The notes beneath the pieces are model-generated. The model was not told the DNA's origin. It worked only from the letters and a program-made list of their open reading frames with translations, and did no database searches. Source: Chrysomallon squamiferum (Eukaryota; Animalia; Mollusca). From it: DNA of 64,000 nt. The stretch covers positions 14,570,001-14,634,000 of the forward strand of contig CM022678.1 in assembly GCA_012295275.1 (NCBI GenBank), read 5' to 3'. Positions 13,901 through 26,700 of the stretch are shown in pieces. Each line of letters begins with the position of its first letter. Within the stretch, counting starts at the first letter, position 1. Both the position numbers and the translations under genes were made by a program.

Positions 13901-16900
13901 TACAATTAGAATTTTCATACATGTCTAAATAACAATTAATTATGACTCGATAAACTGATTCTATTTATAATGTCTATACACATAAACCTCAATAAATTAT
14001 TTATCTGTACCTGTCTCAATAAATTAATTTTAATGTCTGTACATGTATAGCCCCATAAATTATTTATTATATTTGTACATATTTCTTAACTTTAGACTTT
14101 GAGAAATACTGTGTGCATTAATTAAAGAGCTGCAAGATGCAAGAGAAAATAATATTTCCAATAAAATATTCATAAGATACTTTTTATGTAACATATTTCC
14201 AGACAGGACATTCTTTTTAATCAGACATCAGAGCATGACAAAAAATTACAAGAAAAATGTTTTCTGAAAAATGTCCATCGAAAAATTACAAAACAGTGCA
14301 TCTGCAATAAAAAATCTGTTAAAATTGGTAACAAAATAAACATTTATAAGATAATGAAATTTAGATTAAAATAAATTCAAATTTGCAAATGACTAGACAA
14401 GGCACCCATAATTTAGTCTGTATAATATTATGAAACAAATCTGGACTTCATTCTATCAAAAGTATTTATAATTATAAGCAATTAGAATTTGTTAATTCTA
14501 TAATAACCACAATAGATCTTGCTGGAATTAATTATTACTTACCTAAGAGATATAGAAAAGCTGATGAATTGCTAGGAAAATTCTAAGCTAACTGTATTAA
14601 CAGACATTATGACTTATGAAATGCAACCTAGCAACAAAAAGAAGAGCAGATGGCAAATATATCTATGTCACTGAACTGCTGTTAAAATTATACAACTGTA
14701 ATATCAATTTGACTTCCTGTAAATTGTCATGAACAACACAAATAAAGTAATAATTTTTTGAAAATTTTTAAATTAAATTACTTTAGTATCAATATTTTTA
14801 TTTTTTTATTTTATATTATCATTTTGTTAACTCTTTCTAGTTCAAAGCTTTTTAATCTGTCAATTCAAGAATTGTTAAATACCTTTTGATATATTTATTA
14901 TTGTTATTATTACTATTAATTATCTTTATTATTATTATTATGATTATTATTATTATTGATTTATTAATTTATAGTTGATTTTTAGTTTTCTAACAGGCAT
15001 TATTATTCTCAACAAATTTTTTATTCATTTATTTAAATTAAAAAAAGATAAAATAAAGTAACAAAGAATTCCTGGTAATTGAAAATATTCCACATGTCTA
15101 CCACATAAAGCTGTGTTGAAAGATCTTTAAAAATATATATTCTGACAATTTGTAACATAGGTATATTGATATATCATTACATAGCCATGACATGCTTTTT
15201 CTTTTTACAATTTCTTCAATAAATAACAGAAATAACCACAAATTAATCTGAACGATGGATACAAATAGTACTTTTACTAAATTTAAATTCAGTATCCAAA
15301 TGCATATGTTGTATCAAAAGACTGAAAAAGAAAATATAAAGACATATGTATGCAGAGATTATAAAGGCAATGTTAAAATTGGTCAAACCATTAAAATTTA
15401 ACTATCTAACAAGTTTTATAATACAACTTACCTGATGATGGAGTGTGTGGAAACAATAGTGTCTGGTTCATTAGCATTGTGAAACAATTTACTTTTTGTC
15501 TGAACAAACACATAGCGGTTCTCCTGTAGCTTGAACCGATAAACACCACTTGTGTGTTCTCCAAGTTTTACAACTGAAAATAACAACAACACGTTCCCTC
15601 AAAACTGTTATAATCTCCAGCGAAAAACAGAATTTGTTAAAGTGTTATTAAATTTGGAAAAATAAAATCAATGACAATAAAATTAAAATAACTTCAAAAA
15701 AAAAAAGTGTTCAGAAATAATTATTGGGGAAAATTTATACATGTAATTTTATGATTATCAAAACAAATGATAAAGTCAATCATTTATTTAAAAAAATATT
15801 AAGACCTGTTATATAATATTTTCTCTAAAAAAACTCATGAAATTACACAAATTCAACCATAAAATGTAACAATCAGATTCTACAATAAAATGTAACAATC
15901 AGATTCAACAATAAAATATAACAATCAGATTCAACAATAAAATGTAACAATCAGATTCAATGATAAAATGTAACAATCAGTTTAAAATATACATTTAAAA
16001 AGAATCCTTTCAGTATTTAAAAATGAATATTATTATTAACTTTGGACTCATACCATCTTGAAGATGTTTCTTCAGCTGTGTTATATCATTTGCATGACAA
16101 AACTCAAGGATATTCTGACCAGTAAAATTGATGTTTCCATAATGATTGCTGGCAAGCCCACTGAAATAACAAACAAAAATACTAACTAAAGTATTGCACC
16201 TTTTTTAAAATTATATTTATATACTTTCCATATATTTTTGTTGGCAATTCATTCTTTATTTACATTCATTATCATTAATTCAAATATAATCTATTTATTT
16301 GCAATAATTATTAATATGTTGTTTTTTTCAATAATAAAAAAAAAAAAAATGAAAGGCAGAAATGTGCGTTTTCTTCTAATTCTTAAATCCTGTTATATTT
16401 AAATTGAAAAAAAATATCTAATTAATTCATGCTAATGTGTTTAAATTGAAAAAGTAAGAAAAAACATGGAAAGATCTGTTTTCTTTCAATTTTTAAATCT
16501 TGGTATTCAAGAGTTGTGTCCCTTTCAATATGACTATCATACTAAATTTGAAAATAATCACAACTTTTTTTTTTTGTTACCTTGTGTCATTATTTATAAT
16601 TTTTCCGCTTAAATCCTGTTTAGTTGTGAAATGTTCAATTCCAATCATCATATTGGATTTCTCTGTGACGGGCTGACGTCGAGCAACGCACACTAGACAC
16701 GTCTGATTTTCTGCAATTATAAATACTCATCACTTATCTCCCTTGACAAATTGCCATTTTATGAAACAAAAGATGAAAAACTAACTAAAAATGGAAGGAA
16801 ATTAGTATAAATATTTTTATCAGAACAAGTCTGCAGTTGTTACTGAATATCATAATAAACTGTACAGTAATTCTGTCATTCTAACTGGAAATATCTTAAT

Positions 16901-17227
16901 GATTACCTGCAACGCTGATATTTCTGAAAATAAGTATCTCTAGTAGTTTAGAAGTTGGACTTTGTTTTACCTGTTTCAGTGTGTGTCTCAGTAAATTTGT
17001 CACCTGGACATGGTTGAAGAAAAGCTGTGATCTGCATATTTTCATACTGGGAAACATAAGTCTGATTTAGTTCTACATCGTCTTCACCTGAAAACACATT
17101 TATTTAAATATTACACAGAACTCTCTGTCTTAATAAGATGCACTCTCTCTCTAATTCTGAGGCACTCTCTCTCTCTCTCTCTCTCTCTCATTCTGAGGCA
17201 CTCTCTCTCTCTCTCTCTCACACACAC

Positions 17228-17263
<36 letters not shown>

Positions 17264-20200
17264 TACACACACACACATACACACACACACACATACGCAC
17301 ACACACATATAGACAAAAATTTACTCTTTCTAGAAATTATTTTTCTTTTTTAATGAAATATTATCACAATTTATATTCCTCTCTAATTACTGTTAAACCC
17401 TTTTCTAATCCACTAAATTGCAACAGTACCCCGAGCTTATTAGTGAGTAATTAGTATCTCATGGAAAATTCATGAAAATTTCAGAATACAAAAGTATTTT
17501 ATATTATAAAAATTCTTTGTTCAAACATTGGTTACATTAACTATGTTTTGATAACTAACTATTCCACTACCCTGACTCTATAATGCTGATTACTAAACAT
17601 TTCTAAATTTTTTATTATCAAGATGTTACTGCATTTTGTCTGAATGTGTTTTTTTATTTATTTTTCTAAAATCTTTTTTTAACAGTGACTTAAACTGATC
17701 ACCATAAAGCTTGTAAACCTACATGGTGATTTAAACTGATCACAATGAAAGTTGTAAACCTACATGGTAATTTAAACTGATCACAATGAAAGTTGTAAAC
17801 CTACATGGTGATTTAAACTGATCACTATGAAAGTGGTAAACTTACATGGTGGTTTTATGAGCATTCTACAGTTAAAATATCGACCTTTGTTGTTTGGGGA
17901 ATCACTGGGCCAGGCTACTGCAGTTCCTAGAAGAGATAAAATATTCAACATTTCAAACATTACAACATGTACATTATCCTTATTTAAACATAACAGATGA
18001 CAAAAATTGTTTCACAACTTTATTTAAATACAAATTTCAATTTCTTTTCTAGATATAAAATATGCAAGTACTTTTTATATCTATTTTCATTCAAATTTGA
18101 ATGGGTTATAGTATAAAGAAATTTTTTTTTTTTTTTTAACAATCAAATATTAATGATTATGATTATGATTATGACTATGATTAGTATTATTATTATTATT
18201 TTTTTTTTTTTTTAGTATTTTATTGAAAACTAGATTAATAATTAAGTTTTTATAATATTCATTCAGACTGGTAAATGTTAATGATTGATATGTAAGATAT
18301 AAGGATATATTAACTAGCCTCACCCTGTGACATAGGCAGAAGGCTGCTACTAAATGCAGCATGGTCACCAACGTGGATGATGTTGTAGATACTTTTTCCA
18401 CACAGGTCATCCTGCAAGAAAACATCATCATCACAGTAATTAATAAATAGTACTTACTGTGAAACTATATTTGTATTAAAATTATTAAAAACACTGATTT
18501 CAAGAATAACTGAATATATTAAAGCTGTATTAAGATATATGATATGAAAAATGGTTTAAGTACATCTAGCTTTAACGATTTTTTTGTTTATTTATCAGTA
18601 ACAAATAATAACAACAATAACAGCAACAATAATAATAATAATGATCAATCAATAAAATAAATATCCCAAATGTTATGAAATCTTCCTTTTATTTTTTATT
18701 GTTATATAAATATCTCCAAAATGACACATACACAAAAAGTAATAATAATAAAGTAAACAAACAAATAAATAATGCACAAAAATTTTCTTCCACAAAAGCC
18801 AAACTTTTTAAAAATACAATGTAGAAGTATTCACAATTTTATCATGGTCATCTCTATAAAAAATATTATATTCACATTTTTATTAACTAAAAATGCAACT
18901 TTAATCAAACATTTTATAAAAATATATATACAATGCATGATTTCTTTTTTTTAAAGTAATTGTTTGGTTTAATTATTCTAAATATACTTAAAATTAAATT
19001 ATTTCAATTTAATATGAACTTCAGGCAATAGGATAAGCCTGAAAATGATAATTCATTCTGTCTGTAACAAATACATATACATGCATTATTTCTATTATTA
19101 TATATCATGATAATATGTAACATACACATGTAATTGTTGATAATATTAAAGTAAATGTTAAAGAAAAAGTTTTTTTAATGTCCAGAACATGTGTTATAAC
19201 CTAATTTGAACATGAAGTATATGATTTAGAAAAAGGTATAGGTCTCAAACACGCACAGACACACACACAAAAACACAGAGTGGCTGCAGGTTCATTGCAG
19301 GACAAACATGGAAATGACATGAGTGTTGGGCGAAACCGTGTAATGGATCAAGCTGTCACAACTGCCATACACATAAATATTCATATGACCAGCAAAGTGA
19401 GAGTAGAATACCAACTTGGTGTTAGATCAAGGTTAGGTGCTAGGGGCACAACATGGAGTCAGATGGTAGTGGAACAAGAATAGCCTTCAGTAACACAACT
19501 TTGAGGTGAACCAGGAAAAGTGTCCTGACATTCCAGTATTTATGATCATGAATGTGTAAGCATTGAAAACATATCACAGTATTTGTAATGTACATTTCAG
19601 CTTTCAGAACCATTACAGGTTCACTGACCCATATCATTCATACTGGACATGTGAAGTATTCACAAACTGACCAGTTTATTTCACATTAAACACCCTGTCA
19701 TGAAAATATGACTTAGCTTAGTGATTGACAAAACTCACAATAATGTAAATTTGTATGGTCTGTAAATAAATACACACAACTGACAATGTACTGCTGAACC
19801 TTTTTCCACTGAAAATGTATTACTATAATAACATACAATTATTTCTGGTTAATGAACAGAAAATGGATAAGTTAGAAAAATAACAATTTAAGAAATCAAT
19901 TTTGAACACTGATTCTGGCCACAGTCTGATAAAATTATGAGTTTTTTTGCACATATAAGGGTTATGAGTTTTCTTCACACACACACACACACTTATATAA
20001 AGATGAATATAAAATTATGAGCATTTTTTTTTTTTAGTATATGTGAAGGTTTATACGAAACTATGAATTTCCCTATATATGTAAAGATGTATACAAAATT
20101 ATGATTTTCTTTGGATCATACATAAAGATGTATATAAAACTATGAGCTTTCTTTACTGAGAACATATATATAAAATTGTGTTGTTTATTATGAGTTTTTA

Positions 20201-21421
20201 GTACATGAGAATATGTGTAAAATGTTAGTAGTTTTCTTATATATGTAAAGGTGTATATAAAACTGTAGTTCTCTTGTAATATGTGAAGATGTATATAAAA
20301 TCATGAACATTCATGTACATGTACATAACATTATGAGCTTCTTTAATGTACGTGGGAATTTGTAATAAAATCTCTCTGCTACCAGTAAGAGAGAACAGAA
20401 TAAAATCATGTTTCTTTTCTAAAATAAAACAACTGATATTTGATACTACTAAAATGGTGGTGTTAAAAGCACTTCAGAGTTACATTAATAAGAGCACTGA
20501 CTCAGCCAGTAAGAATAAAACATCTGCTGGAAGTTATTCTATGTCATCACAGCAGTTGTCAATGAAGCAGGTTTAAAGAAACAGATTTCAGTGTAATCTG
20601 ATCTGTTAGGAAAGCAGGGATAAAAAAGGAAGATATTATTACTGATGAATGCAAGATCTGTTTCAAATGTGTGTGGTGCTTTTTTCTTTTCTTTTTAAAT
20701 TTTTATTATTATGACTTTTTATAGCTTTTTTTTTTAAACATAGTTGAAATAGCTGAAATATTAAAATTATTATTTAAATGAAGCTGAACATGATGTGTGT
20801 ATGTGTGTGCATGTGTTAATTCTTTTTTATTATTTGCAAGTTGGTTTTTAATGACGTGATTTGGTGACATCTGAAATTATTTAAACCAAATTTAAATTAA
20901 GCTGTGTGTAGGGCATGTGTTTATTTAATTTTTGTTTTATGTTGTTTATTATTTATTTATTAATTTAATTTAATTTTATTAAATTTTATTGTGTTACTTA
21001 GCCTATGAATTACTTTGCTAAAGAAAATTGTTAGAAAGAAACAGGATGTATGGATAAACCTTTGCATATAGAAAAATGATACAACTCCTGTATCTACAAA
21101 TGGTTTAACAATTAGACCTGTTATGTTATTGTTTATTGACTACAAAGATGTGCACATTTCTGTAAACCTTGATTATGTTATCTCTACTTGGCTGGACGAG
21201 ATATGACACTAAAATACACTAGAAAACTAAAATGCATTAAGAAGAGAAGACAACATGACAACACCTGCGTAACGCATTTCTCAAAGCTAGTAATAATTCT
21301 CTATCAGCTAACACAAAACACATGCTGACTCTCCCAGCACTGCAGACAAACACTCAGCACTGCATTTATCATTATCCAAAAATACCAGAACCAATCTGAA
21401 TTTTCTTAGTATCATTATAAA

Positions 21422-21452
<31 letters not shown>

Positions 21453-21510
21453 GTCAAACTCCACTGCATTTATCATTATCAAAAAATACCAGAACCATCT
21501 TAATATCATT

Positions 21511-21555
<45 letters not shown>

Positions 21556-21970
21556 CGACCCCACTGCATTTATTATCAGAAAATACCAGAACCATCTTAA
21601 TATCATTATAACACACACACACACACACACAGTCCGACCCCACTGCATTTATTATCAGAAAATACCAGAACCAATCTTAATTCTCTTAATATCATTATAA
21701 CACACACACACACACACACAGTCCAACTCCACTGCATTTATCATTATACAAAAAATACCAGAACCATCTTAATTCTCTTAGTATCATTATAACACACACA
21801 CACACACACACACACAGTCCGACCCCACTGCATTTATTATCAGAAAATACCAGAATCATCTTAATTCTCTTAATATCATTATAACACACACACACACACG
21901 CACACACACACAGTCCAACTCCACTGCATTTATCATTATAAAAAAATACCAGAACCATCTTAATATCATT

Positions 21971-22039
<69 letters not shown>

Positions 22040-22161
22040 TTTATTATCAGAAAATACCAGAACCAATCTTAATTCTCTTAGTATCATTTATTACACAGAA
22101 AATACACAGTCCAATCCATCATTTTATTATCCAAAAATACCAGAACCATCTTAATATCATT

Positions 22162-22211
<50 letters not shown>

Positions 22212-22465
22212 CCAACTCCACTGCATTTATCATTATCCAAAATACCAGAACCAATCTTAATTCTCTTAGTATCATTATAACACACACACACACACACACA
22301 CACAGTTCAACCCCACTGCATTTATCATTATCAAAAAATACCAGAACCATCTTAATTCTCTTAATATCATTATAACACACACACACACACACACACACAC
22401 AGTCCAACTCCACTGCATTTTATTATCAAAAATACCAGAATCATCTTAATTCTCTTAATATCATT

Positions 22466-22505
<40 letters not shown>

Positions 22506-22598
22506 CACACACACACGCACACACACACACACACACACACAGTCCAACTCCACTGCATTTATCATTATAAAAAAAAATACCAGAACCATCATATCATT

Positions 22599-22637
<39 letters not shown>

Positions 22638-22676
22638 CACACACATCAAAAATACCAGAACACACTTAGTATCATT

Positions 22677-22734
<58 letters not shown>

Positions 22735-22797
22735 ACTGCACTGCGATTTATCATTATCAAAAATACCAGAACCAATCTTAATTCTCTTAGTATCATT

Positions 22798-22848
<51 letters not shown>

Positions 22849-22912
22849 CGACCCCACTGCATTTATCATTATCAAAAATACCAGAACCAATCTTAATTCT
22901 CTTAGTATCATT

Positions 22913-22995
<83 letters not shown>

Positions 22996-23049
22996 CACAT
23001 TTATCATTATCAAAATACCAGAACCAATCTTAATTCTCTTAGTATCATT

Positions 23050-23098
<49 letters not shown>

Positions 23099-23155
23099 TG
23101 CATTTATCATTATCAAAAAAATACCAGAACCAATCTTAATTCTCTTAGTATCATT

Positions 23156-23208
<53 letters not shown>

Positions 23209-23272
23209 CGACCCCACTGCATTTATCATTATCAAAAATACCAGAACCAATCTTAATTCTCTTAGTATCATT

Positions 23273-23317
<45 letters not shown>

Positions 23318-23378
23318 CGACCCCACTGCATTTATCATTATCAAAAATACCAGAACCAATCTTAATTCTCTTAGTATC

Positions 23379-23453
<75 letters not shown>

Positions 23454-23512
23454 TTTTATCATTTATCATTATCAAAAATACCAGAACCAATCTTAATTCT
23501 CTTAGTATCATT

Positions 23513-23559
<47 letters not shown>

Positions 23560-23623
23560 CGACCACATTGCATTTATCATTATCAAAATACCAGAACCAA
23601 TCTTAATTCTCTTAGTATCATTT

Positions 23624-23670
<47 letters not shown>

Positions 23671-23734
23671 CGACCCCACTGCATTTATCATTATCAAAAA
23701 TACCAGAACCAATCTTAATTCTCTTAGTATCATT

Positions 23735-23784
<50 letters not shown>

Positions 23785-26700
23785 CCAACATGCACAGTCA
23801 AACCATACAGCATTTTATCATCCATACAAAACATAACATTTTAATTGTATTTCTATTTCAAGCTGTTATTTGTCATAACCTATTTTTTTTGTTATTTCTG
23901 ATTTACAGTCAGTTTATTGTCATTTTGAACATTTACATACAAAATAAAGAGAAATGGAATAATTTTTTAAATGAATGCATTTCTACTTAATTTTATCATT
24001 TTAGTAAAAAAATATTTGTATTACTATAAGTCAGACATTACTGCAAATGTATGCTACATCTGAGGACAAACTGATCTATCATTTTATTAAAATCTTTTTT
24101 TGCACTTAAGTCTTCTAAGTCATTATTTTTCTCCCTGGTTGCAAATATTTTGCTTTCTTTCTTTTTTAATTAATTTTTTTTACATTTTAGTATTAATAGT
24201 ATTAAACACTGAAGAAAAGTGTTGTTTTAAGTATTTAGTCATTATCTTGCAACTTACTGATATTCATTATCAAATAATTTTCATGAGTTCATTTAATTAT
24301 GAATTTAAATAACATAATGATACCGTGATGGGATATTTAAAACATGTTAAGAAATTTAAAAAGATCAGAATCTAACATCAGTTAAAACTGTTATACCTAA
24401 TTACTAATTAAAATCACAATGTTATTTCCCCATTTTAAAATAAATTATTATAGAAAACTCTTACACTATATTTACTTAAAACATTCACTTACCTGAGAAT
24501 ATTTTAAGTATTGGGAAACATTTTCAGAAACAAACTCAACTTTTCCTTGACTGTTTACAACAAAGAGAAAACCATCAAAAGCCTGAAATAAAAATTATAA
24601 TAATAAAAACAGATGTTTATTTTTCATAAACCTTTTCTCTTTTCATATCTATTTTATATGCAATTTCAAATTTTTGACAAAATATACATTTTTTTCTATT
24701 AAAAAGAATATTAAAACAGATCTTAAACACTATCAAAATACTATAAATACATAAACAAATTATATAAATAAATAATTAAAAAAAAAAAATAAAAAAGCAA
24801 CCATAAATTCTTATATTGGAGATGTGGTAAAATCTGCTTGACGTTTTACTGTTTCAGCACATATTGTTCATACATTTTTAACTGATCTTGTTATCTGGGT
24901 ACAGACTGTATTTATCATAATCACTTCTTGTAAATGTTCTAACAAATATTAAATTTCATAGAAGATGATTAATTTTTTGTGTAAGTGTTTCACTATTAAC
25001 AAAACATTTAGTATTACACTGAATTGAAAAACATTTATTTTATTCAAACAGTTATATACTCAACTAAAAAAAACATAGTTTATTCAATCAGTATTAAATT
25101 CAAGAATAAAACAGTAACTACTTAATGATACTGGCTCAGCAGGGTTTTAAATATTTTTTGATTTCTTCAGTTCACTGTGATATTAATTTATTGTTATTAT
25201 TCTGTTGATGTCAGAAGAGAGTAAAAGAGTATACCTCAAGAAGTAGAGGACCGAGCAGGTCAGTTGAAAGAATGGAAGGCTTACTGGATGAAACCTGACT
25301 TTGCTGTACTGCGTCTCGAGGGGCACTTTCAGCTAAAAACAAAAATAAAATTAAAATACAGTTTTATAACATAGCCTCTAACTCCATTTTTCAGTCATAT
25401 CATTCCATCTATATGCCAACTGTATTTCCTAAAAATTATTTTCAAGAAACAGTATTCTTTGTAATGTTTGGTTGAGTATATCAAATTCTTAAATTAATAT
25501 TGTAATGTTATGAGCCAAACTGTTAATAATGACAACTAAATTGCTACACATTTTATATTCAAGCAGGAAAGGTTACAAAAAGAAAATTGAAATACTTTTG
25601 TTTGTTAAATTTTATTTATTTTTTTAGTTAATTTAATTTTCATTCTTTCTTTCTTTATTTATTTATATATTTTTCTTCTAATTTTTTTGCCTTTAATGAA
25701 ATCAATATTACTGCTTCCATATTTTTTAATTATTTATTTTATGTTCTTATAAAAATAGGGACACTTCTGTTTTTAAAGCCAAAGAACCAGCTAACAAGAC
25801 AATCAACAGTTTAAATAACAAACCACTATTGTGAAACACAAGTCATTTTACATAAAATAGTTATAACCAATGTGATGATTATTGCCTTTAGGATCAATAA
25901 AATATAATAATAAAAATTTGATATACAAATAACTTTTGTTATAAACAGTTCAGGCATTTTTTAACATTCCACTGAACAAGGATGTCACTGAAATTCTGTT
26001 ATCTCAGACCATTTGTTTGTTTACAAAACATTTTAATAATTATCAGAAACATAACAAATATTATTTTCATTAGTCTTTCATGGTTTAAAAAAGGTTTAAG
26101 CTGTGTTTTCATATATGGATGGATGCATTCTTTTATATATTCATGTATGTGGTATTTGTATCTGTGTGTTTGTGTTTGTGATGTAATTAAATTTAGCTAT
26201 GATTAGCCTATGCCAGTGATGATTAAAGACTTTAAGCAGTCTTGTGTTATGAACTGAATCGGGAAGCTATGGCAAAAAAATACAATGACAGAAGAATGGA
26301 ATGTCAAATCAATAAAGAATATGACCACTTCATTTCTGGCATGTAGAAATAAAAAATTATCTCAGATGTAATGCAGCTCCCCCAAAACATTTAACTTTTC
26401 AGGTGATAAGATATTTAAAAATACAGAGAAAGAAAAATACTGAATAAAATTATTACTGGATAAAGTCACTATTAATTAATAATTAAGTCTTTAAACTGAT
26501 GTCAGTATTGAAGGAAGACAATGAAAGTTACTGAGTGAAGTCAGAACAATATGAAGTCACTGAAGTTAAAGAGAGAAGTTAGTATTAAACTGAAGTAAAT
26601 TCTAAGTGGTCTTAGGTGATCATCTGTGAAGTCCATGTTGAATTAAATAGTAGTCAGCACTGAGTGAAGTTTTAAATAAAATGAGTGAAGTCAATGAAGT

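Noticed and set aside
21355-23790. CRISPR-like repeat-spacer array and the CVCVCV-rich ORFs
   Set aside because: The spacers are just (CA)n, the units are too long, there are no cas genes and the context is a eukaryotic intron; the ORFs are microsatellite translations
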